From: Oikopleura dioica
Taxonomy: Eukaryota; Animalia; Chordata
DNA: 64,000 nt
Direction of reading: 5' to 3'
Assembly (NCBI GenBank): GCA_907165135.1
Contig: OU015568.1
Span: 16,379,208-16,443,207, forward strand
Below are positions 9,510-21,233 of this stretch, one piece after another. How positions within the stretch are numbered: position 1 is the first letter of the stretch; every line of letters starts with the position of its first letter. The position numbers were made by a program, and so were the translations under genes. The notes below the pieces were generated by a model. It made no database searches. It worked only from the letters and a program-made list of their open reading frames with translations, and was not told the origin of the DNA.

Positions 9510-10486
9510 CTATTAACCCAAAGTGGTGACAGTGGTTTAGGGCACCTGTCGAGAATCTGCTTTCCGTGAATGAATGGAATTACTTCGTCTTCTGTCCCGT
9601 GAATCACCAAAGTCGGAGTCCTCACGCGTTGCACTTTCTCGACACTAGAATAGTAATAATATTATAACAAGCGTCGTGGTTGCAATTAATTACTTTTTGA
9701 AAGCGTCAAAAATCCATGTTCTCTTTGCCGTGGGAACAGAACTCGGAAGCCTGAAGACAAGGGCGAGTGAAGCACAACGGCGGCGCAGTCGACTTTTGTT
9801 GCTAGATCAGTCGTCGGGACTTAACGATTGCGAATTTAAAAATCTTCCTTCATTTAAATAGAATGGTACCTGTGCCGATTGACTGTCCGTAAAGAATGAC
9901 TTGATCCGGGCGAACATTATATTTCTCGAGTAGCTTTTCGTACGCCGCGCCGCAAGCTTTGTTCAAGTTTGACTCGTTTGGCTTTCCCGAGCTTTGGTCG
10001 TAGCTCAGAATATTGACCTTGAGTCGCGTCCCTAAATGCGATCAAAAGTAAGCGAAAGCAGTATTCGTTTCCGAGTTACCCAGTCCGATGAAAAACGAGC
10101 TCATTTGTCCGAGGTCGACCGCATTGCCGTGCGAAAAAAGAAGCGTGTATTTGGTGCTGGGCGAGCATGCACGAAATCCTTGAAAAGAGAATGCCCAACA
10201 GTGTCTCTTACTTTTCGCCAGATCGCGTTCTAGCGTAGAATACGTCAATTTGATCCTGTTCTCGGGAAGAGTGCTGCCATTCTGCGCGCTCGCTCAAGTG
10301 TATTTTGTATTTGGTCCCATTTTCGTCCCGAACTAGAATTTAAAAAATGGAGAAAGATAATCTCGAAAGAAGAGATTATACCGATTGTGTAAGACGGCTC
10401 TGACGGTAGGAAGGCTACCTTGGCTGCGATTCTTGACGGACAGGGTGGACAAAGAAACAACCGACAGAACAGCCGAGTTCGTTCAT
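9510..10486 (-). pseudogene. ABHD17: ABHD17 (FAM108) depalmitoylase, degenerate intron-containing copy
   Basis: [55 protein letters not shown] and LVIHGTEDEVI are present. There is a frameshift near the start, YSGYG is missing after SYD, a -1 shift occurs near 9730, and the AGHNDI exon is absent. Confidence 0.85.
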
Positions 10487-10599
10487 TTTAATTTTCTCTT
10501 AGGTCTTCATTTCATAGTTCTCTGAATAATTGCATCTTTAACTTAACGTAAAATTGTAAATATACAGTAGTTATCCCGTTTCTCTCGTTCTGACAATCG

Positions 10600-10730
10600 G
10601 CGCGGCCGCTGACTGGCTGAGGACGCCCCCTCCTGACAAAATCAGCCAATCAGAGCGCGCCATTTTCAAATTCTCGAAAGTTACGAGCGAGTTTTCTCTC
10701 TGCAAAACAAGCGATTGGGAGTGGAAATTT
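10600..10730 (-). promoter_or_regulatory. Probable promoter of the ABHD17 copy
   Basis: GC-rich island with CCAAT (agccaatcagagcgcg) just upstream of the start codon. Confidence 0.35.
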
Positions 10731-10734
10731 GTTT

Positions 10735-10930
10735 GTTTATGTTTATTCATCGTTCATTTATGTTTATTTATATATCATATATTTATGTTTATTTATATTG
10801 ATTTATGTTTATTTATATATTGTTTATTTGTGTTTATATTTGTTATATATTGTTTATTTATGTTTATATTTGTTTATATATTATTTATTTCTGTTTATAT
10901 TTGTTTATATATTGTTTATATTATCTTTAG
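10735..10930 (+). repeat. AT-rich low-complexity repeat (TTTATATT/GTTTAT)
   Basis: Directly visible. Confidence 0.85.
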
Positions 10931-11589
10931 CATTATAAAAGATTACTTTATATTCTACTGAAGCCTTTTTGTGTTTTTTTTGGTAAATCCTTGTTGTTCT
11001 CCGTTCTTTCTCGCTTTCTTTTTTGCTTCTCCGTAGAGTTATTTATTTTCTGATCCCGACCTTTTCCGGCGTCTTCTTTTCCTGATCATTTATTTATTAA
11101 ATTATTATTAAAAATGTTCCTCCAACCTTGGGTCTGCTCCAAAACGGCATCTTTGATTTTCTGTTCTGCTCGTTTCTCTTTGTTGATTTCAAAAAAGTGG
11201 GACTGGCAGCTTGGCTCTTTGGTGAATGAAGTTCTGATGCAAGTTTCCGCTCGTAAAATCGATGCCAAAATCTGAATGATAGGATCTGAATGTGATGGTG
11301 GCGCTCCTTTGTGTGGTCGTGTGTGCCCAAAATCTGACTCATTGCCGCCGCTACTGAACAGCTTCTCTTTCTAGACAATTTGTAACCTTGCAAGGGTCTT
11401 TGGGCTCAAAATATACAGGAGAAAATCACTAAAGAAAAATAAGTCTATAAACAGGTTTGCGCCACCGGTCGAGGGATGAATGCGTGGGTGGCATACTGAG
11501 AGAGAAAGAGAGAGTGATTTACTGATGAGACAATTTTGCGTCCTCTTTCGTTTCTGTATGTCAGACAGTGAATCCAACAAAGAATGCAA

Positions 11590-11838
11590 AACTTGGCTCG
11601 GCAATCTGTGTTGAGAACCTGAGACAGGGTCCTGGAAGATCTTTGATAAAAGCCGCAAAGCGGCTATTTAAAGAACGAAGCGCAAAAGCGGCTTCGCCAG
11701 AATTATTCAAATGTTCTGAAATAGTAGTTTTGTCAAAGCCGATTTGCGGCTTCGTTTTTCAGAAAGCCGCTAGGGGGCTTTTATCAAAGCTCTTCCAGGA
11801 CCCTGGCTCGTGTTTTCTTCATAGATTGCCAAGCAAAG
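11590..11838. mobile_element. CTGGGCTC-family MITE, degenerate copy
   Basis: cttggctcggcaatctgtgttgagaacctgagacaggg ... agattgccaagcaaag, with internal AAGCCGC/GCGGCTT motifs. Confidence 0.6.
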
Positions 11839-13132
11839 ACAATTATCTGACGTAAAAATGAGGCTATTGACCTTCCCTTGCGGTCAATTCAGTATTGTAC
11901 TGTCTAATCTAAGAATAAAAAGAAGACAGAGACATGCAGCTTGTTGATTGCTGCACTGAATATCTCCATTTCAAGTGGCTAAATCCACTCGAAAAATACA
12001 AGCTTACACAGCTCGCCGATCTTCAACGAATTTCGAATTCAGTAGCAAAGATATGCAGCTCAAAAATGTCGAGCTGTCGCGTTTGATCTCGAAACGAAGA
12101 AGAAAAAAAAACTTGGACAGAAGTTCTACCGTGCTGTTTGAACGGAAGAAGCGCTTGGGGAGGCAACTTGACAGGTGACCAAACAAGCCATGCTCAAACG
12201 ACCACGATACGAATAAATTCAATTCAGTTGGGGAGTTCTGACTGACAACTCTTGACTTGCTCGAGTTTTCGAACAAATTCTTGTTTTCTGACCTGAAAAG
12301 CTAGAGTTCGATCTTTCACCTTGTTCTTTCTGGGAAATTAAGCAATTTTAGCAAAAAAAAAATGCTTTTTTTTTTAATATATAATATATTATATATTACA
12401 AATAAATTATTTGAAATAATTAATAAGAGGCCCCATACCTAAACCAACTTTAGAAAGTGCATTTTTGGATAACCAATAAGATTGCTGTTTTTGGCCTACC
12501 GGCCAATTAAAACCCTGATCCATAAAATCACTTCAATAAATTTAAGGACCCCCCTTAACCCCTAACCTAACCCTAACCCCTTAACGCTGGGGGGATCCTT
12601 AACCCTTATTCTATGAATTATAACAGAATTTTACCTCGCTGGCTGAAAAAGATACAGCACTAGAATCGCTGCTTGTGTATATTTGTTCAATTTTGTCTGA
12701 ATCTCACCCTCAAATTTATCGCTCTTTTGTAGTGGCGCCGCGCTCTCTGAAGAAATCTAAATTGATAATGGTGTAAAATTGGCGCCAGTCAATTCTGTTT
12801 CAATTTGTCTCTCAGAGCCAAATTGAAAAAAGTGGCCTCTAACCTCTTGAGATTTTTTTTATTATATTCTTCCTCGCCAAAAGGATTTGTCACAAGGCAG
12901 TTTTTATAAAAAGACCTTGGGATTTTCGTTTTCGCGAAAATAACGCACATTCATCAAAATCAATCATTTTTTCGCGGCGGGCGAAAAACGGGGGCCAAGG
13001 TCAAACTCCCTGAATCGTATTTTTGTGTATTTAGGGTTAGAGGGTCTTTGGAGAGCTCAAAGGATTACTAGAATGTGACTGTAACTCGATTCAAATAGGA
13101 CACTATTGTAGGAGTAACCAAAAGTCTCTCGC

Positions 13133-13353
13133 CCTGGGCTCACCAACCTGCGTAGAAAACCTGAGTCAGGGTCTGAAAAGCTAAAATGAAAAGCCAACCA
13201 GCGGCTTTTGAAAACGAAGCCGCAAAGTGGCTTCGTCTGACAGAACTTGAAAAAGATTGAAGTAGCTATTTTGAAAACCCGCTTCGCGGCTTTGTTTTTA
13301 ATAAAGCCGCTGCGCGGCTTTCCATTGAAAATCTTTTACACCCTGACTTAGGT
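13133..13353. mobile_element. CTGGGCTC-family MITE, split by the hAT element (resumes ~17092-17125)
   Basis: ctgggctcaccaacctgcgtagaaaacctgagtcagggt ... accctgacttaggt|[hAT]|tttctaaacagg. Confidence 0.75.
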
Positions 13354-16300
13354 CTGGGGTGCGAAACGGGGCAACGAGTGCCGGTGTCCCGTCCCGTCCC
13401 GTCCCGCTATTTTTCGGCACCTAGTGCCCCGTCCCGTCCCGTTTTGTCCCGTTTGCCCCGTTTATTTTTCGATTCAATTTTTAAAATTGATAGAGGAAAT
13501 ATAAACTCTTTATTAAAAAAATAAAAGATTTTTGATAAAAATAAAATTAAATAGTTGATAAATGAGCCTTGAATTCTTCGTTAAATCCATATTTGATAAA
13601 GGCTTCTACAGTAGACGCAAGAAGAGCATTCCGCTGCTTTGAGTAGAAAGAGGTCGCCAGAGCAAAGGTCCGCTCCAAGAGTGAAGTGCTGTCTTTTGAA
13701 CCACGGTATAACTAGTAAATTTGATAAGAAGTGTTGAAGAAAAATCTTACAAAATTAGACACAGCTGCTAAGATTGGGAATCGAGAACTGTTCGCAACCC
13801 AGAATTTATATCGCCACTGGCATTCCGGCACTTTTTCGCACTTCATTTTCGCTTCAACTAAATAAAATAGAGAAGCTAATTTAATTATTCACAACTTACA
13901 ATTACTCCAGAGGCCCTTTCCTCCGAGACTTTCGTAGTCGCGAAATTCCATGTCTATTTTCGATTCTTTTTCGTTTGATTTTTTCGGTGATGAAGGTCTG
14001 GATCCATCTTCTGTGTAAAGTCGCGCAAATTTACCTAGAATTTCAGAGTATTTTTATGGGAGAAAATTTGAAATAACCTTGAACTTCTTGTGAAGGTGTT
14101 TCAGTAACGACTTCTGTTTCTGTTTCGCCTTCAACATCGATTGCTGACGCAATTTTTCTAATATAATCTTTCGCTTTGTCAATAAGGCTCTTTTTTCCGC
14201 TTTCAGTCTGATTTGATTCCACGATGACTTTGATGAATTCAACGCACATCGCTGACTCCTTCACAGTTTTCAATGCCTCTTTCAACTCATAGAAATCGAG
14301 CCATTTATGGGGGAGCCAGCAATAAATTTGCGCCAGCTCTTTGGATGCAAATCGCGCTTGTACTCTTCGGTTGTTTTTTCGATTTCCCTGTCGATCAACG
14401 TTTACTTGGAACAACTGTTCGAATATAGTAATCAACAACGCTTCGCTTAACAAAAGTAAAAACCGTATTTTTTCAAACAAACCAAAGATCACGCTTGTAT
14501 CCGATTGAGTTTTTGATTCCATCACATGCATAGACGACCAAGGAAACATATTGTTCGTACAAAAGTCCCGCGGTTTTCTTATTATCGGAGTCAAAAGTAT
14601 CAATTACTTTGGCAACTGATTTCAGCACAGTTACAGTCGCTTCGACAAAGTTTTTGTCGGGAAGTTCTATGACTCGAAGGTGTTTTTGAGGATGTGAATA
14701 CGAGTCAAGACGCTCGATTGCATCATATGACACAAGCAGCGACTAAATTTTGTGAATCTGATTTAGAAGAAAAACCTTACATTGAATGACTTTATAATCT
14801 TTCTATACCGAGTAGATACTAAAAATCCTTTGGAAGAGATGGATAGTACTGGTATCGTTGCGAAATATCGTCGTCTTCGTCTAACTCGCCATTTTCATCT
14901 TTGTCCGCCTCGTAATCAAGCTCGTAATTGAGCTCGACTTGTTTCCGCCTTGCTTCTTCACTAATTGCTGTTCTTCGTAGGTATGAATTGAGAGTTGGGT
15001 ATTGAGCAGACGTTATGTTATCGTGTTTTTGATCCGCGATCAAGAAAATATTTTTCGCCTTCAAAAATTCGTCAGATGATCTAAAGAAAATTTATCAGGA
15101 TGTACATCCTTAAGTAAATATCGATTTTCTTAGCATTTATTTATATCAGAGTCTATACCCTTAAGTTTCTATCGATATTTTTGCTTTTTTATAATATCAG
15201 AGCGTGTACCCTTAAGTGAATATCGATTTTTGAATATCAGAGTGAACTCCCTTAAGTGAATATCGATTTTCTACGCATTTTTAATATCAGAGTCTATACC
15301 CTTAAGTAAATATGGATATTTAAGGTTTATTAAATACAAGAGTCTATACCCTTAAGTTTAAATCGATATTTTTAGCTTTTTATAGTATCAGAGTGTTTAC
15401 CCTTAAATGAATATCGATTTTTCGAATATCAGAGTGTATACCCTTAAAGAAATATCGATTTTCTTAGCATTTTTTAATATCAGAGGCCATATCCTTAAGT
15501 TCATATCAATATTCTTATTATTTTTCTATATCAGAGTGTATACCCTTAAGTGATTTTTAACTCTAATACCACTAATTTATAACTTACTTTTCGCTGAGGA
15601 AAAGAGTAAACGTTCGATTGAGCAGATTCATTGTAGAATGCGCGCAGCATCCATTATGGTTCCAAGTTAGCGCCCGACATAGGTTCTGCGCGGCGAAATC
15701 CGCCACTATACATATCAACCCTTTCTCAACATATTCCAGGATTCCATATTTGGCCAAAATTGACTTGACTGGTTCAAGGTTCGCTTCCATTGCGGACGAT
15801 CCAATCGGCAGATAGGTGAGCAAGGATTTATAAACGTTGAGGAATTCATCTGTTATGCATAGAATCAAGCCAAGACGTTTCTTAAATAAAAATTAGACGT
15901 AGTTCATAATTTATTAGCTTACATTCTGAGTATCGGAACCTTTATTTTTAAGGCTTTGATGGTCGACCATTAGACATGCCGAGCCCGATCTCGCGATACG
16001 TTCTGCCTTTGAAGCAATCATTTTTTCGAGGTCTTTCGCATCTGCTTCGGCACATTGTTTGAGTGTGTCACGGTGAGTGCTGATTTTCGAGACAATATTG
16101 TCAATAATGTCCTCGTGAGTATTTTCTGGCGCCACTGCGCGCACGATTTCTCGGAATAAATCTTGCATTTCGGACATCATGAATCTTCTGAGAGGGACGC
16201 ATTCTTTCGAAACGAGTCTTGCTTGACATTTTCGGATGTTTTCGACATCTGTATCAGACAGAGTTGGAATGTATTTCTTCATCGCGAATGACGCAGCTAA

Positions 16301-17091
16301 TTTTTATACAGTTAATGTTGTTTTCTACTATCCTACCAGATGGTTGACTATCGCTCTTTTTTGGCAATTTAGACTTTGAAGTCGGACCGAGAAATGATGC
16401 TTTGAAATGTCTGCCGAAATGTTTTCCATAATACCGATGAGTTCCACCACAATAGGTGAAAAACCACTGAATAAAGAATCGAAAATAGAATAGAAAAGTA
16501 TCACTTACTTCTCTTCCAACTTTTTTCTGCATTCGGCTGATGTACATCGAGCAATTAAAGTTGATGACCCGTCCAGTGTTAGTTCCTCAAAAGAGCACAG
16601 TACTGCTTCTTCGCTTTGTGCTTCTTGCTTACGTTTAAATTCTTCCGATGAGCGGAAATTCGCCTTTGCAGTTGTGATGCAAGTATGAGTCAGTGGCTTC
16701 CAAGTTCCTTTATTTTCTCTAATTATTGTCTCGGCTTCAGCTTGTGTTAATCGTTCATTGAGTTTTCTTTTTTTACTGGTACTTGGTGCTTGCTCTACCA
16801 TTTTGTGTGGCTTTTGAATTTCCTCCATCAAAAGAGCGAAAAAAAATAACTACGTCTAGAAATTTTAATTGAAAATGGTCCACTTTAACGTGTTTTTAAA
16901 AAAATATTCAATTTGTCCTTTCTAGAGACATTCTTAGAAAGTTTAAATAAACGGCGAAAATACGACCAAACACGGGGCAAAACGGGGCAAATACTGTTGG
17001 TGTCCCGTCCCGTCCCGGTCCCGTAACGGGGCAAAACGGGGCACGGGACGGGGCAAGTGTCCCGTTGCCCCGGTCCCGTTTCGCACCCCAG
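13354..17091 (-). mobile_element. hAT DNA transposon, 3738 bp, with spliced transposase
   Basis: TIR CTGGGGTGCGAAACGGG/CCCGTTTCGCACCCCAG; 8-bp TSD ACTTAGGT (13346-53 and 17092-99); subterminal CCCGT repeats. Protein has BED-like C/H, MVDHQS, VADFAAQN, CCAH, STRY and dimerisation motif FW...FPIL...LLERTF. Two -1 shifts in homopolymers (~14510, ~14823). Confidence 0.92.
15107..15551 (+). repeat. Tandem array of ~40-52-bp units in a hAT intron
   Basis: About 9 units of CCCTTAAGTNAATATCGATTTT...ATATCAGAGTNTATA. Confidence 0.85.
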
Positions 17092-17407
17092 ACTTAGGTT
17101 TTCTAAACAGGTAGCTCTAGGCCAAAGTTGTGAATACTTGATCTAGGATTAGAGGCTAATAGGAGAGCTCAAGACGTAACTAGAATGTGACTACAAGAAA
17201 TCAGCCAGAACTGACTTGTAGGAGCAAGGAAGAGTCTCTCGGCCAAAGTCTTGAATAATCGACTGTCAGTTTTGATTTCGATTTTGAGCGATTACGGAGC
17301 GATAGGCGCAAAGAGTGTTTGCCTGGGCGAGATAGAAAGTGTATCTCTGCATTCAGTTGTTTGCAAATCTCGTCAATTATTACAACCGTTTCCAAACTTT
17401 GGACTTA

Positions 17408-19561
17408 CAGTCGACTCTGGCAATTACGAGTAGCAGAATTACGAGCATTTTGACAAAAACTTGACAATTTGAAAAACGGGGGATCATCGACCGAAAATTT
17501 ATTTTTTGGAAAAAAAATTGAGAATGCTTGATTGGACTCTTTTAATCTTTGGCTTTGGAGTCTCTGGCTGTTCAGCAGGTTCTTGGGCAGCTTCAACTGG
17601 TTGTTCAGCAATCTCCTCGACCTCGACATCATCATCTTCATCGTCGTCTTGAAGCTGAAGCTGGGCGAGTTCTTCTTCGATCTTCTCGATTGAATGCCGG
17701 TTCATCTCCTCTTCTTCATTGTCAATCGTCTCGCCCTAAAATAGTTAATAAATAAGATTAAAGGTAAGATATACAAATAAAAAAAACGAATTACCTGAAG
17801 CTGTGCGAATCTGGTGAGACCAGTCTTTCGCCAACAAGCCCTGACGATGCCGGGCTTCATCTCGGAACCAAGCCGGGCGACGGTCTTTACAGACAGCTCC
17901 AGCCCCGGACTGCTCTTCTGCTGCCCTTGTCGAAATTTTCTTAAGAAAATTCGATACTGATTTTTAAGGGCAGCAAAGAAGAGCATGTCCAAGGGCTGGT
18001 ACTGGCCTGTGCAGCCCGGCTTAAAGTATTCGACGTGGACGTTGTGCACGCTAAGTGCGACGGGGTCAATAAGATGACCCGAAAAATTGTCCAGGAGGAG
18101 AAGGTTCTTGGTGCCGGGCTTGGTGCGGGATAGGTGCCTAGAGAACCTTTTAATCTCCTCCTGGAAAATTTTTCGAGTCATCCAGCCCCGCGCATTGCTG
18201 TACACAACGGCCTCGTCGAATACTTTGCACAGGACCTCGCCGCCCTCATGCTTGATTTTCCGCGTCGACTGCGAGCCCTTCCACATCCGCATCTTCGTGC
18301 CTAGAATAGATATTAATAATATATAGAAAATTAAAAATAATGAATTTATATAGAACAAAATCACCTTTGACAATAATGCAAGGCTTAAAGCCAGCAACAG
18401 GGCCATCAACACCAACAGCCGGTGCGTAAGTGAATCTTTAAATGGATCAGGGGTCTGGATTCGCTTTGCGAATTCGCTTCGCTTCGGTTTCGCTTTTTGT
18501 AATTTCAATTCGCTTCGCTTCGCTTTCGCTTTTTACCAAAAATTTTTGCGAAAATTTCGCTCAAAAGAATTCTTTCCAAATTTTGTTGAATGAGCTAAGC
18601 TGGCACTCTCGCGAACCGTAGTAAAATAAGGGTATCACTATTAAAATCATATAAGCTGATGATCTTTATTCCTTTCCTTAATTTCTCATCTTTTGGCTGG
18701 CTTTTACGAAACGCCTGATTCTTGCGGATAATCAGCCGTTTGCGCGGCTGAAAATTCACGTAGAACGCACTCTACAAATAATTCTTGCATATTTTTAAGA
18801 GGATATCATGACAAACCTCATCAATGTTATAAATACAATCGTTACTATAAGAAGACATAATTGCATGAAGACGTGCGTTCTCCATCAATCTTGCTTCATT
18901 AGAAAGTATGACTTGTGTCGAACAACTTGTAGTGACCATCATGTTGTATTTTTTCACAATTCGTTCGCAGTAAGAGAACGAAAAAGTCATCGATTGTATA
19001 CAGGGCTCGTCTTTGTATTGATCAGTAGCTGCAAGCTTTTCTGCCATTTCTTTCAAACCAACGTATCCCTCCAAATCATAATCAAGTTCTTCGATTTTTT
19101 TGAATAATTCACTGTCGAATATCTCTTTGATTTCTTCCTGCTTGTACGAAGGTCTGCATCCTTTTTTCTTATCACAATTCAAGTATTTGTCCATGTTTTT
19201 CTTCCATGTTGCCAAAGTCGACGAACTCAGAGTATCTCCATTGAATTTCTTCTTGTAAAGCGCATATACTTCCTTCGACCGACCAGCTTTAATCACACGA
19301 CAGTACTCCCGAATGGTTTTGATGTCAACATCCCTTCTGCCAGTATGTTGCTTTCGGATTCTTCTTCCTGACATATTAACGTAGGATCTCAAAAAACCAA
19401 AGAAAAACGCTTAAGAAAAAACATCCATGTTGTTTTGTCTAGAGACTTTTTAAATTAAACATGAAATCGATAAAAATCGGGCAATTTTTCCGACTAGGAG
19501 AATTACGAGTATTTCACGAACTTCCCGACAAAAAAAGGCTCGTAATTGCCAGAGTCGACTG
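17408..19561 (-). mobile_element. pogo/Tigger-like (Tc1/mariner superfamily) transposon with spliced transposase
   Basis: TIR CAGTCGACTCTGGCAATTACGAG flanked by TA. HTH region, then YNIDE, LLLLDNFSGH and QPLD (DDE_1). GA-AG intron at 18436-18676 joins DEKLR|FTYAP. Confidence 0.92.
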
Positions 19562-19885
19562 TATCTCGTCTTCATCAAAATAGCTTTCGTCTCTGGCTCT
19601 TCTGAAATTTATACAAAACGGAAAATCGTTTTTAATCACGCTCAAAGTGGACTTTTTTATTCATGGCCGCTCATTTGGAGGAAAAAAAGTATCCCATTCT
19701 CACGAGAGAAAAATAATAATTTAAATTTTCAATTAGAAAACTTAAAAACAACCAGTTTGAAATCAGCACAAACAGGCCTCTCTTCTTTGATTTCAAGGGG
19801 GAGAATATAATATACAATTGATTTTATTGCAAATAAATGGGGATAAAGCAGACGATGATTTAATAAACTGAAAGAAAGATAAATA

Positions 19886-21070
19886 ATGGAGCAGAAGTCG
19901 ATTTATTTCCCGGTGAAAATCATCGCGGAAACAAGTGTTTTCTTCGCGTTGTCAGTCGATCGCCGTTTTCTTGCAGAGGAGGCGCATACATTGCAGTCAT
20001 CTTTATCTGCATCACAGATTGAAATAACGCACTCTACCGAAATCGACGAATCCGGATTGTCGGAAAATTGAAAACTATCGAACTGAAAGCGTGCTATTGA
20101 TGATTGACCGCTTTCGTTGATGGCCGTTGAAGAGTCGGAAGGACAAGCATTTTCGATCAAGAAATATTCTTGAAAAATTTTTTGTTAAAAATTGTCAATT
20201 GACAGAAAAAACTCATAATTTACAATTTGTGAGGTGCATTTTAAGAAAAACAATTACCTATCGGACGAAACCGTAGGTTCCATACGTCTTTTCGGATCAT
20301 TCGATAACTTTACCTGTTTGAGGATGATCAGTTGCGAAAGTTTTGCAGCTGTCAATAGCAATGGCCAGTTCATTGTTTTTGTTTTCGATTCCGACAAAGA
20401 CTTTCTCTGGAACTTTGAAAATATGATCGACCCTAAAATTTATGTGAGCTTCTTTCATTCTCATGAGATGAAACCTTGCTGGAATTGAGTAATCATTATT
20501 GTCGTAAACTGCGAGCTCAATAGCGAAACTACCAACTCCGTTGCCGAGATCGACAAAGTGCTTATTGATGTTTGTCTTGATCGGTGCAGCCAGACTGACA
20601 GTTTGTGTTGCATTTAGAGAGCACGAAAAGCTCAGAACCTCGAAAAATTAAACAATTCACGATAAAGAATCAAGAGCCAGACTTACAATTTCGCTTCCAC
20701 GATTGATTACACCTTCGTTTTGATTTTTGCCAATAATTCTTGTCGAGTAAACGTAAGAGTCATCTTGTTCAACAGGGCTGACCTTGCAATTTTCATTTGA
20801 AGAGTCGAAAATAATATTATCGCCAATTTCTTGACCAGGACAGTTTCCTTCCGCTTCTGAATTTTTTTAACTTAATCCTGTTAAATAAACGGGCATACCC
20901 ATGAAAAGCTTTGATCGGTCGATATTTTCTGCTTCAAGCTCGTTTATTGGAATTTCTACCTTGAGAATTCCCTCGTCACATGAGACTTTACCGTTGATTT
21001 GCGGAAGAGATACTGTTTCAGATGTCGTTCTTGTTGTTGTTGTAGTAGTTGTAGTTGTAGTTGTAGTTGT

Positions 21071-21142
<72 letters not shown>

Positions 21143-21199
21143 CGTTGTTGTTGTTGTGGTTGTTGTTGTCGTTGTAGTAGTTGAAGTTGTTGTTGTTGT

Positions 21200-21233
<34 letters not shown>

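Noticed and set aside
10729-10938. Hydrophobic 69-aa ORF
   Set aside because: It derives from the AT-rich repeat.
11040-12300. Exon-like segments on the minus strand
   Set aside because: Multiple stops and no recognisable family; too degraded to call.
12550-12590. (TAACCC)n seeds, also at ~13030, ~34580 and ~51350
   Set aside because: Only 2-3 units, embedded in interspersed repeats; not chromosome ends.
15107-15551. CRISPR-like repeat/spacer pattern
   Set aside because: The variable parts are related to each other and short, so this is a minisatellite.
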